DNA of 64,000 nucleotides, from IMG/VR virus record IMGVR_UViG_2974630879_000001, positions 1 to 64,000 of that record; one strand, given 5' to 3'. The notes under the pieces were generated by a model that was given only the letters and a program-made list of their open reading frames with translations, searched no databases and was not told where the DNA came from. This document shows positions 32,905 to 42,105 of this stretch, piece by piece (position 1 is the stretch's first letter; each line of letters begins with the position of its first letter). Both the position numbers and the translations under genes were made by a program. Source of the stretch: a virus (lineage: Duplodnaviria > Caudoviricetes).

Positions 32905-35185
32905 CATCATTCCCAAGGCGTTTGACGGCATGACGTTGAGTCTTGCTGCTGTGCCTTTGAAGGGGAACCCAGGCGAGCAAGGTAAGGGTCTGCGTGGTGA
33001 CCCTGGTGATAGCAATTATCAGCTGTGGCTCAAAGCTGGTAATACTGGAAGTCTTGAGGACTTCCTGATCGCTATGAAGGGCGAAAAAGGTGATGAAGGT
33101 AAGGGGCTTACCAATCGTGGAAACTGGCAAGTAGGTCCATACATGCCGGGTGACTACGTATTTGCTGATGGCACTCAGACCGTTACTTCAATGTGGATCT
33201 ATCGTGGGAACGAAGAGTTCATCTCTACGATTCCACCAAATACCGATCCTGACAACTGGATCGAGTTTGCTGCTGATACAGGCAAACCACTTGAGCTACG
33301 TAACACTGGTGAGAAAATTCAATGGCGCATTGAAGGCGACGTTGAATGGATCGATCTGATCTTTGTTGCTGACCTTCGTGGGCCTGCTGGCCAGAAGGGA
33401 GAAAAAGGCGACAAGGGTGATGCAGGTACTGGTCTGAACAATCGTGGCACCTGGGCTGCTGGTACTTACCAGCCTGGTGATTACGTATTCTCCGCAGGTA
33501 CTACTGCTACCACTTCAATGTGGATTCTAAGCTCGACTACGGCATATGTGTCGAACACTGCACCAATGAACGATACGTCTCATTGGATCGAATTTGCTGC
33601 ACCGTCTGGTCCTAAGGGTGATGACGGTGATGATGGCTTGTCCGTCAATCTTCGTAAAACTGCAACTGCAATTCAGTATCAACAAACTGGTAGTCCCTGG
33701 ACTGATCTGGTTCTCCTGTCTGAAATCAAAGGAGATCAAGGCGTTAAGGGTGACCAAGGTATCCAGGGTATTCAAGGTGTCAAAGGTGATACTGGCCAAA
33801 CTGGAGCCAAGGGCGATAAGGGTGATCCTGGTACCACTGACTACACCAACCTTAGCAACAAGCCCAGTCTTGGTACTGCTGCTGCAAAAAATGTAGAAGA
33901 TTTCACTACACCAAGTACTCCCTCTTTTTCAGAAAGTTTGCTTATCAACCGAGTGAACACAGCAGGCGTAGAAGCAACTTTGCGGACTACGGCGGCAAAT
34001 GCTCCAGTGATTCATTACGAATATCGTAACGAATCAACTTCGGATGGGCGTCCTTTGGCTAATCAATTGATTGGTGCAGCAGGAGCACGTCCATGGGCAG
34101 GCTCTGATTGGACACCGCATAGTGCAGCTGCTTACCACTTCGGTGCAGCAGAGGATCACACAGCAACATCGCAAGCCACATTTATTAATCTTTCGATTAC
34201 ACCTTATGGAGCTACTGTAGCATCACGTTATGCTGCGGCTACCTTTAATGCTGATGGCGATATCATCAACAGTAAAGGTCTCACGTTGCGTATGGTTAAT
34301 TCCGTTGAACGTGGTCGAGGGATTCAAGTTCTACGTAATGGTGCTGCCGAAATTAGTATGGTTGGGTCTGATCCAAGCGGCTACAGCACACTGCTTCGTT
34401 CGTTTAGTTTTGGTGGCGGAAACATCAATTCTCCGCAAGCAACACCTGCATCCAATGGAACTGGCTTTGCATTTTGTGGGCATGATGGTGTTAGCTGGAC
34501 AGGAGCCAAGGCAATTGTAAAATTGGGGTCCGGCCTTACTGCTTGGACTCAGACAAGTACACCAACCTTCATTGATGTTGAAACAACAGCTTCAGGTAGT
34601 ACTACCAGGACTTTGCGTCTTCGTATTATGGACACTGGTAGTGTGTATCTTGCTAACAGTGTTGAACGCACCGATACTCCATCTAGCGGTCTTTACATTT
34701 GGTCTGAAAATGGCGAATGTAAAATCAAAACTTCGTCGGGTGTAGTGAAGGAAGTTGCTCCATCCCGTACTTCAGTACAAGCAGTACGTGATGCTGCGGC
34801 AGTAAGTTTGACTACTGGTAGTTATGCCAGTGTAATTTACACTTTGGAGAATGTGGATACATTGTCTGAGTACAATCCTTCTACTGGAGTTTTTACTCCC
34901 AAGACTGCTGGATTGTATTTGATTCAATGTTCTTGTCATTTGGGTGGTGTACCAGCAGGAGCAGAAATTGTATTGCGAGTGCGTGTTGGGGGCACAGAAA
35001 TTGCCCGTGTATACAACAGTACTTATGCAGCAGGTGGAAACACTGTTGCTAACGGTACCGCTATGTTGCAGCTTGCTGTAAATGCTACAGTAGATTTTCA
35101 AATCTACGTAGGTGGGTCAGGTACTCCTTCAATTCTTGCTAACTCTGTTACAGGAACTAGGTTGGGTATCCAAAAGCTGGCTTGA
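32897..35185 (+). CDS. Collagen-repeat fibre protein with C-terminal C1q-like head
   Basis: G-X-Y runs (GDQGVKGDQGIQGIQGVKGDTGQTGAKGDKGDPG); C-terminal YNPSTGVFTPKTAGLYLI C1q-like strand pattern. Confidence 0.8.
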   Translation: MADIIPKAFDGMTLSLAAVPLKGNPGEQGKGLRGDPGDSNYQLWLKAGNTGSLEDFLIAMKGEKGDEGKGLTNRGNWQVGPYMPGDYVFADGTQTVTSMWIYRGNEEFISTIPPNTDPDNWIEFAADTGKPLELRNTGEKIQWRIEGDVEWIDLIFVADLRGPAGQKGEKGDKGDAGTGLNNRGTWAAGTYQPGDYVFSAGTTATTSMWILSSTTAYVSNTAPMNDTSHWIEFAAPSGPKGDDGDDGLSVNLRKTATAIQYQQTGSPWTDLVLLSEIKGDQGVKGDQGIQGIQGVKGDTGQTGAKGDKGDPGTTDYTNLSNKPSLGTAAAKNVEDFTTPSTPSFSESLLINRVNTAGVEATLRTTAANAPVIHYEYRNESTSDGRPLANQLIGAAGARPWAGSDWTPHSAAAYHFGAAEDHTATSQATFINLSITPYGATVASRYAAATFNADGDIINSKGLTLRMVNSVERGRGIQVLRNGAAEISMVGSDPSGYSTLLRSFSFGGGNINSPQATPASNGTGFAFCGHDGVSWTGAKAIVKLGSGLTAWTQTSTPTFIDVETTASGSTTRTLRLRIMDTGSVYLANSVERTDTPSSGLYIWSENGECKIKTSSGVVKEVAPSRTSVQAVRDAAAVSLTTGSYASVIYTLENVDTLSEYNPSTGVFTPKTAGLYLIQCSCHLGGVPAGAEIVLRVRVGGTEIARVYNSTYAAGGNTVANGTAMLQLAVNATVDFQIYVGGSGTPSILANSVTGTRLGIQKLA

Positions 35186-35221
35186 TCAATATTTTTTCTT
35201 GGTGCAGTAGCACCACTAACT

Positions 35222-35244
35222 GGGGAGCTTCGGCTCCCCTTTCT
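35222..35244 (+). terminator. Rho-independent terminator
   Basis: GGGGAGC-TTCG-GCTCCCC-TTTCT. Confidence 0.8.
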
Positions 35245-35260
35245 ACCTCTGGAGAAATCG

Positions 35261-35608
35261 ATGGAAAAGAAATATTTTTACGTCTTGTGTGCTCAAGTTG
35301 CTTGGCGTACGAGTGAGGAATCTGAAGCACTGAGCGTGATGCCTGTGAACGTTGTTGCATCGTTCCCATCACCAATCATTCGTAAGTTCAATCTGGCTCA
35401 GATGAATGCCCAGGCAATCAACAACCTGAGCCAGATGATCGGTGAACGTGTCAATCCGGATCTGGTAGCGAACGTGACCATCATGAGCATCTCTCCCCTC
35501 GGATTCATGACTGAAGATGAGTTCCACGCTCAGCCAAGCCAGACGCAAGTCGAGAAGGAAGTTCGCACTGTGGTCAGCGAAGCTGCTGATAAGAGCGAGC
35601 GTGCCTAA
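35261..35608 (+). CDS. Hypothetical protein
   Basis: GGAG RBS. Confidence 0.7.
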   Translation: MEKKYFYVLCAQVAWRTSEESEALSVMPVNVVASFPSPIIRKFNLAQMNAQAINNLSQMIGERVNPDLVANVTIMSISPLGFMTEDEFHAQPSQTQVEKEVRTVVSEAADKSERA

Positions 35609-35889
35609 TGGCTTATACCCATGCTTCAGAAATTCTGAAAGCTGGGATCGATATTCTTGGTCAGCGTGCTGCTGACCGAGATGTAGTGGAAGAACGTTCT
35701 ATGGCCAAGGTCGTGGAATTGTTCAATCTCAAGCATGGAACTGATCTGACCGAAGCTCAAGGTTGGAATTTCATGGCAACCTTGAAAGAAGTTCGATCAC
35801 TCATCGGTGGCAAATTTCGTCCTGATGATTACATCGATCAAGTCAACTACACAGCTCTCGAAGCTGAGTGTCGATCTAAAGCGCTGTAA
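35608..35889 (+). CDS. DUF6378-like protein
   Basis: ERSM...FMATLKEVR...DDYIDQVNYTAL pattern; TAATG coupling. Confidence 0.6.
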   Translation: MAYTHASEILKAGIDILGQRAADRDVVEERSMAKVVELFNLKHGTDLTEAQGWNFMATLKEVRSLIGGKFRPDDYIDQVNYTALEAECRSKAL

Positions 35890-35895
35890 GCGAAG

Positions 35896-35930
35896 TCGCA
35901 GTCCTTTACCGGGGCTGCGGCTCTTTTTAT
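35896..35930 (+). terminator. Rho-independent terminator
   Basis: AGTCGCAGTCC...GGGCTGCGGCT-CTTTTT. Confidence 0.65.
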
Positions 35931-35947
35931 TTGACATGGAGCCAACA

Positions 35948-36934
35948 GTGAACATCACCAACAGAACAGGCATCCCATTGACTCTTGCAGTCTGGGCTGT
36001 GCATGACGATTACGATTTCATCTACGATGAAAACTACATCAGTGTTACCACACTGATGAAACCAATTCGACAGACTGTACTCGGATTCCGAATCAGTCCT
36101 GAGGAAAGACAACAACTCGATGCTGCTGACTTAATCAGCTCATCCTGGGGATCTGCCCTTCATGGTTCCGTAGAGAACGCATGGCGTAACTACAGAGTCA
36201 ATCTGAAGAAGCTTGGCTATCCTCAGTCAGTGATTGATCGTGTACGTATCAATCCAACAGCAGAAGAAATTGCAGCCGATCCCGACATCATTGCTATCTA
36301 CATGGAGCAACGTCGTAGTCGTGTTGTGGCTGGTTGGACTGTCGGTGGCAAGTTTGACTTCGTAGGCGAAGGCCAAGTTCAAGACAACAAGTCAACTACT
36401 GCCTATACGTGGTTCTATGGAACCAAGGATGAAGACTACAAGCTCCAGCTGAGCATGTATCGATTCCTCAATCTGGACATCATCACCGAAGAGACTGGTC
36501 AAGTGAACTTCCTGTTCACTGACTGGAAGAAGGCTGATGCCCGGTCGAATCCGAAGTACCCACAGAGTCGGTTGGAATCAAAAACGATTCCGCTGCTCTC
36601 AGTCAGTGAGACTGAAAGCTGGATAATCAATCGTCTGGCTCAAATCGACAAGTACCGTGCAACACCTGAAAAGGAATTGCCACGTTGTACTGACGAAGAG
36701 TTGTGGCGTTCTGCTCCGCAATACAAGTACTACTCCGATCCGAATAAAACGGATGGGCGTTCTACCAAGAACTTCGATACGCTGCATGAAGCGAATCAGT
36801 TCTGGAAGGTAGACAAAGCTGGCAAGGGTATTGTCAAAACAATTCCTGGCCAAGTGAAGCGCTGTGAGTATTGTGGGGTCTTCAACCTCTGCTCACAGAA
36901 AGACGAATACTTCCCCGAAGGACTACCAACATGA
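35948..36934 (+). CDS. PD-(D/E)XK exonuclease-like protein
   Basis: EQRR...GGKFDFVG...QDNKST...QLSMY; C-terminal Cys cluster (RC...RCEYCGVFNLC). Confidence 0.75.
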   Translation: MNITNRTGIPLTLAVWAVHDDYDFIYDENYISVTTLMKPIRQTVLGFRISPEERQQLDAADLISSSWGSALHGSVENAWRNYRVNLKKLGYPQSVIDRVRINPTAEEIAADPDIIAIYMEQRRSRVVAGWTVGGKFDFVGEGQVQDNKSTTAYTWFYGTKDEDYKLQLSMYRFLNLDIITEETGQVNFLFTDWKKADARSNPKYPQSRLESKTIPLLSVSETESWIINRLAQIDKYRATPEKELPRCTDEELWRSAPQYKYYSDPNKTDGRSTKNFDTLHEANQFWKVDKAGKGIVKTIPGQVKRCEYCGVFNLCSQKDEYFPEGLPT

Positions 36935-39087
36935 TTGACTTGTCTGGAGTACAGCATCACGTCACAGTCGAAGAGATTGTTGACGTCCTGTGCAACAAGA
37001 CTCAAAACACTGATCGTGGATTTTTCCGTGCAACCGTCGTGTTTTTCCTTGCGAAGATGGCAAGCTGTCAGCGTGCCACTGTCGTTACGAAGGATCGAGG
37101 TGCATTGCCTGTCAACATGTACACCCTTGCTCTTGCCACCTCTGGTTATGGTAAGGGGCACTCTGTAGGCATCATGGAAAATGAGTTGATGCAGCCGTTC
37201 AAAGAACGCTTCACACTCGACACCATGCCAGTGATCTCTGAGCAGACTCACTGGGATCTCGCTAACAAGCGTGCACTGCGTAATGGCAGTGATCCCAATG
37301 ATGAGTTCGAAAAGGTCGGCAGCGACGCTGTGCGTAGCGGCAAGATCCCTTTCACTTTCGATAGCGGTACCGTCCCAGCTGTGAAGCAGTTGCGTCATGC
37401 ATTGCTGCTGGCAGGCTGTGGTGCCATCAATCTTCAGATCGATGAAATCGGATCGAACCTGATTGGCAATGTTGAATTGCTCAACCTGTTCTTGGAGCTA
37501 TATGACCAAGGCATCGTCAAGGGCAAGCTCACCAAAAACACTGCTGAGAATACTCGTAGCGAAGAGATTGATGGCAAGACGCCAACCAATCTGCTGCTAT
37601 TCGGTACGCAAAGCAAGTTGCTTGATGCTGGCCAGACTGAGGAACAGTTCTATTCGTTCCTGGAAACTGGCTATGCACGTCGCTGTATCTTTGGTATCGG
37701 CTCCCAGGACCGTAAGGCTTTCCATAGCCAGAGTCCCGAAGAAATCTATCGCCGACTGATTCAGCCCAACAACAACGCAGCAGTCAAGAAGTGGTCTCAA
37801 CACTTCCATGCACTGGCTGATCCAGCCATGTTCGGATGGCAGATGAACGTCGATGATGACGTGTCCATCAAGTTGCTTGAGTACAAGATCGCTTGTGAGA
37901 AGGCAGCAGACTTGATGCCTGAACATGAAGAGATCAAGAAAGCTGAACTGTCCCACCGTTACTTCAAAGCTTTGAAGCTGGCTGGTACTTACGCTTTCAT
38001 CGAACAATCTACGATGGTCGAGATGGATCATTTGCTATCAGCAATCTTGCTGGTTGAAGAATCAGGATTGGCTTTCCAATCTATCCTCAACCGCAAGAAG
38101 TCCTACATGAAGCTGGCAGAGTACATTGCCAGTGTTGATGGCGAAGTGACCCACGCAGATCTCAACGAACAACTTCCGTTCTACAAGACGGGTGTTGGCT
38201 TCCGTAACGAGATCATCTCGATGGCTACTGCCTGGGGCTACAAGCAGCACATCATCATCAAGAAGCGTTTTGAAAACAACATCGAATTCTTCAGCGGTGA
38301 AACTCTGAAGGAAACAGATCTTGATGAAATCATTCTGTCGTATAGCGATAGCTTCGCTTACAACTACAGCGCTGAACGTGTGCCGTTTGATCAGCTGCAC
38401 TTGCTGACTCAGGAGAAAGGATTGCACTGGGCAAATCATCACTTCCGTGGGAACCATCGAGCGGAAGAGAATGTGGTACCTGAGTTCAATTGCATCGTTA
38501 TCGATGTGGACGAAGGCACTTCACTCATCTCAGCTCACGAGCTGATGAAGGAATATCGCTTCATGACCTACACCACCAAGCGACATCAGGTGGATGGACA
38601 TGCAGATCGATTCCGTATGGTGATCCCGATCAACTATCACCTGAAGCTGGAAGCTGATGACTACAAGGAATTCATGAATAACATCATGAAGTCTTTGCCA
38701 TTCACTTCTGACGAGGCTGCGAATCAACGTGCTAAGAAGTGGGAGACCTTCGACGGTGGTGAGTACCACTACAACGATGGTGTCATCTTCGATGCACTGA
38801 AGTTCATTCCCAAGACTTCCAAGAACGAGCAGCATCAAGCAGAGTTCAAGAAGATTGAGAACCTCGACAACCTTCAGCGTTGGTTCGCTGCACGGATCAA
38901 TGAGACGGGCAACCGTAACAACAATCTGCTGCGCTATGCCATGACTCTGGTGGATAATGGATTGCCTCTGATCGATGTGCAAAACTTGGTTCTGTCTTTC
39001 AATCAGATGCTCGAAGCACCATTGGATGATCCGGAAATCCGTTCCACGATTCTGGTATCAGTCGGTAAGAAGTACCAACGGAGCTAA
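36931..39087 (+). CDS. N4-type DNA primase (gp43-like)
   Basis: SGYGKG P-loop, IDEIG, IDVD, YTTKRH...RFR, GNRNNNL PriCT-like tail; synteny. Confidence 0.85.
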   Translation: MIDLSGVQHHVTVEEIVDVLCNKTQNTDRGFFRATVVFFLAKMASCQRATVVTKDRGALPVNMYTLALATSGYGKGHSVGIMENELMQPFKERFTLDTMPVISEQTHWDLANKRALRNGSDPNDEFEKVGSDAVRSGKIPFTFDSGTVPAVKQLRHALLLAGCGAINLQIDEIGSNLIGNVELLNLFLELYDQGIVKGKLTKNTAENTRSEEIDGKTPTNLLLFGTQSKLLDAGQTEEQFYSFLETGYARRCIFGIGSQDRKAFHSQSPEEIYRRLIQPNNNAAVKKWSQHFHALADPAMFGWQMNVDDDVSIKLLEYKIACEKAADLMPEHEEIKKAELSHRYFKALKLAGTYAFIEQSTMVEMDHLLSAILLVEESGLAFQSILNRKKSYMKLAEYIASVDGEVTHADLNEQLPFYKTGVGFRNEIISMATAWGYKQHIIIKKRFENNIEFFSGETLKETDLDEIILSYSDSFAYNYSAERVPFDQLHLLTQEKGLHWANHHFRGNHRAEENVVPEFNCIVIDVDEGTSLISAHELMKEYRFMTYTTKRHQVDGHADRFRMVIPINYHLKLEADDYKEFMNNIMKSLPFTSDEAANQRAKKWETFDGGEYHYNDGVIFDALKFIPKTSKNEQHQAEFKKIENLDNLQRWFAARINETGNRNNNLLRYAMTLVDNGLPLIDVQNLVLSFNQMLEAPLDDPEIRSTILVSVGKKYQRS

Positions 39088-39089
39088 CT

Positions 39090-39401
39090 ATGAAATTGAC
39101 TAAAGGAGAAATGAATTTAATTCAAATGCTCCGAGATCAAACGAATGCATTACTTGATCATCGACGTATCGTGATTATGGATATGCAGTCCAGTAGTTCG
39201 TTCAATAGGGTTCCAGGTATTGGAGAAGTTGTTGTTGAATTTGATGATCTTACTGATTTCGAAAAAAATCAGTTTGCTTCCTCTACAGAAGAAGCAATGA
39301 ATTTTATGGATCATCTTGCGAGTCTGTTTCTTAAAAAGGAACAAGACAGCAAAAACATCAATGAACACTCCGAGTACAAACTGTACCTATTCGGTAAATA
39401 A
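39090..39401 (+). CDS. AT-rich hypothetical protein
   Basis: Open 103-aa frame inserted between primase and the AAA gene. Confidence 0.55.
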   Translation: MKLTKGEMNLIQMLRDQTNALLDHRRIVIMDMQSSSSFNRVPGIGEVVVEFDDLTDFEKNQFASSTEEAMNFMDHLASLFLKKEQDSKNINEHSEYKLYLFGK

Positions 39402-39472
39402 TTTAGTAGTGGATGACAGTTCTTTTGCTGGTTCCAGGACTGTCATCCAACTCTGAACCAAGGAGCAGAGTA

Positions 39473-40222
39473 GTGAGTGAAGAAGATCAAATCGAGGAAG
39501 TGATCAATGATCAGCTTGTACTGATCAGTGGTCAATCCGCTACCGGTAAGTCCGCATCACTGCGGAATATCCGGAACCAAGAACGCTGGCTGTATCTCGG
39601 CACCGAAGCAGGTAAGCGTCTCCCATTCCGTAACAAGTTCTGGGCCGAACGGATCACTGATCCGATGGACGTGCTGAACTACATGGAACAGTGCATCGAG
39701 AATCGTGATCAGGTTGAAGGTATCATCCTGGATTCACTGACATTCCTGATGGACATGTACGAAACCCAGTACGTCATCAATGCAGCCAATACAATGGCAG
39801 CATGGGGTGCCTATCAGCAATTCTTCAAGCAGCTGATGAATGCTGTTGCTCGGTTTGGTAAGCCAGTAATCATCATCGCTCACACGCTCGACGTGTACGA
39901 TGAAAGCGCAATGGCAACCAAGACCAGTGTACCTATCAAGGGTGCTCTCAAGAACAATGGTATCGAGGCTTACTTCTCAACCGTGGTCAGCACCAAGAAG
40001 GTGACTGTCAAGGAAATCGAGAAGCTCAAGAGTAGCCTGCTGGAAATCACGGAAGAGGAACGCGAACTTGGATTCAAGTACGTGTTCCAGACTCGCATCA
40101 CCGCGAAGACCACAGGCGAACGGATTCGTTCTCCGATGGGGATGTTCGACAAGTCTCAGACCTACATCGACAACGATGCTCAGGCTTTGCTCGACTATCT
40201 CCACAAGTTCTACAACAGCTAA
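39473..40222 (+). CDS. AAA (Sak4-like) ATPase, N4 gp44-like
   Basis: AGGAG RBS plus GTG39473; GQSATGKS, IILDSLT, IIIAH. Confidence 0.8.
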   Translation: MSEEDQIEEVINDQLVLISGQSATGKSASLRNIRNQERWLYLGTEAGKRLPFRNKFWAERITDPMDVLNYMEQCIENRDQVEGIILDSLTFLMDMYETQYVINAANTMAAWGAYQQFFKQLMNAVARFGKPVIIIAHTLDVYDESAMATKTSVPIKGALKNNGIEAYFSTVVSTKKVTVKEIEKLKSSLLEITEEERELGFKYVFQTRITAKTTGERIRSPMGMFDKSQTYIDNDAQALLDYLHKFYNS

Positions 40223-40278
40223 GTCAGCGTTGTAGTTAGTTAGCAACACACATCACATCAACAAAGCAAGGAAAAATC

Positions 40279-41007
40279 ATGTTTCAGAATTTGAACAATG
40301 AAGGTTTGGAGCAGCAGGAAGATCGCCTGGGTGGTAGTGGCCCGCTGGATACCAACATCTACACCGGCACGATCAAGCAGTTCTATGGCATCAAGTCTGA
40401 TGCTGGTGCCATGGGTGTCGTTTTCATCCTGGACGTTGATGGTCGTGAGTACCGCGAAAACATCTACGTCACCAACCGTAAGGGTGAAAACTTCTACACC
40501 AAGGACGGCAAGAAGTATCAGCTGCCCGGCTTCATCACTGCGAACGACATCGCTCTCTGCGCCAACGGTCAGCAGCTCAATGAGCTGGAGTGGGAAGAGA
40601 AGCAGGTCAAGCAGTGGTCTGATGGTAAGGAAGTGCTGAAGTCTGCACAGGTTGCTGTTGATCTGCTGGGCAAGACGGTCACTGTCGCTATCGTCAACAC
40701 CCTGAAGAACAAGCAGGAAAAGAACAACAAGGGCGACTACGTTGACGTTGCCGGCGAGCGTGCCGAGAACAACATCGAAAAGGTGTTCGACTCCGAGTCG
40801 AAGCGTACCGTTCGTGAAGCAATCGACGGCAAGGAAGAAGCCGTATTCCACGATGAGTGGAAGAAGAAGAACGAAGGCGTACAGCGTGACAAGCGCAGCA
40901 TCAAGGATGGTGGCGCAGCAGGTTCTGCTGGTGCACCTCCGAAGGCTGGTGCTGCAACTTCTGCTCCGTCTTCGACCGGTGGCAAGTCACTGTTCAATAA
41001 GAAGTGA
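40279..41007 (+). CDS. ssb: Single-stranded DNA-binding protein (N4SSB-like)
   Basis: AAGGA RBS; YRENIYVT...LPGF; C-terminal KSLFNKK; synteny. Confidence 0.8.
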   Translation: MFQNLNNEGLEQQEDRLGGSGPLDTNIYTGTIKQFYGIKSDAGAMGVVFILDVDGREYRENIYVTNRKGENFYTKDGKKYQLPGFITANDIALCANGQQLNELEWEEKQVKQWSDGKEVLKSAQVAVDLLGKTVTVAIVNTLKNKQEKNNKGDYVDVAGERAENNIEKVFDSESKRTVREAIDGKEEAVFHDEWKKKNEGVQRDKRSIKDGGAAGSAGAPPKAGAATSAPSSTGGKSLFNKK

Positions 41008-41558
41008 TGAAGATCCCAGTGCTAGGCATGGACCCCAGTTTACGTAACTGGGGATTGGCAGCAGCCGAATTGTGTCTGGACACTGGGAATCTTTCTACAC
41101 CTGTCATCAGCTTGATTGCTACAAAACCTGATGACAAGAAGCGAGTCCGCCAGAACTCTAAGGACTTGCAGACCGCTGAAGATCTCGCAGCAGGTATCTT
41201 GCCTGCTGCAAGGTTAGCTAAAGCGATCTTCGTAGAAGTTCCAGTGGGATCGCAATCCGCCAGAGCAATGGCTTCGTATGGAACGTGTGTAGGCATTCTT
41301 GGTTCCTTACGAGCACTTGGCATCGAGATCATCGAAGTGACGCCGACCGAAGTGAAGACCCACTTCACCGGTAACAAGAACGCTACCAAAGACGATATGA
41401 TTCGCACGGCCATGGAGTACTACCCCGAAGCAGCATGGCCGCTCCTGAAAGGCAAAGTGGTAGCGAAGGCTGAGCATATGGCTGATGCCATTGCAACAAT
41501 TCACGCAGGCGTACACACACCTGTGTTTCAACAATTGATGCGACTTCTCGCATCCTAA
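41004..41558 (+). CDS. RuvC-like Holliday junction resolvase
   Basis: VLGMDPSLRNWG, FVEVP, ATKDDM, HMADA. Confidence 0.85.
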   Translation: MMKIPVLGMDPSLRNWGLAAAELCLDTGNLSTPVISLIATKPDDKKRVRQNSKDLQTAEDLAAGILPAARLAKAIFVEVPVGSQSARAMASYGTCVGILGSLRALGIEIIEVTPTEVKTHFTGNKNATKDDMIRTAMEYYPEAAWPLLKGKVVAKAEHMADAIATIHAGVHTPVFQQLMRLLAS

Positions 41559-41573
41559 TCTCAAGGAAACAAA

Positions 41574-42053
41574 ATGGCACTGGAAATTACCATCGATCAG
41601 AATGAGATCGAAACCGCGATTCGCAACCACATCGGTACGCTGATCACTGTGGCTGAAGGTCAGAACATCGGTATCACCCTGAAGGCTGGCCGTGGCGAAA
41701 ATGGCTATTCGGCCACCATCGAGATCGGCGGCCAGAATGCTTCGCAAGTCGAAGGTCTGCCGAAGCAGCCTGCTGCTCCATCTGTCTCGGGTCCGTTCAA
41801 GCGTGGAGCCAAGCCGGCTCAGGCTGACACCAGCGCTCCTGTCGGCGAGACTCCGATCTCGGAGCTGGACCAGACCCAGAAGGAAACCGCTCTGGCTGAT
41901 ACTCAAGCTCCCAGCAGCACTGGTGGCGAAGTGGAAGCCCAGAGTCCGCAGGACACTGCCGAAGCCGAAGCTCCTGCTGAGCAGACCAAGCCGAAGGGCG
42001 GCCTGTTCCAGCATCTGCCGAAGCGCACTGGTACGGACGCTGAAGCCAAGTAA
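41574..42053 (+). CDS. Hypothetical protein (N4-like, low-complexity C-terminus)
   Basis: AAGGA RBS; ITIDQNEIETAIRNHI. Confidence 0.75.
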   Translation: MALEITIDQNEIETAIRNHIGTLITVAEGQNIGITLKAGRGENGYSATIEIGGQNASQVEGLPKQPAAPSVSGPFKRGAKPAQADTSAPVGETPISELDQTQKETALADTQAPSSTGGEVEAQSPQDTAEAEAPAEQTKPKGGLFQHLPKRTGTDAEAK

Positions 42054-42072
42054 GCGGCCTCAAGCGTAAAGT

Positions 42073-42103
42073 AGAAAGCCCCTCGTTGAGGGGCTTTCTT
42101 TTT
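42073..42103. terminator. Bidirectional terminator between the middle and late blocks
   Basis: AGAAAGCCCCTC-GTT-GAGGGGCTTTCT-TTTT. Confidence 0.85.
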
Positions 42104-42105
42104 GG

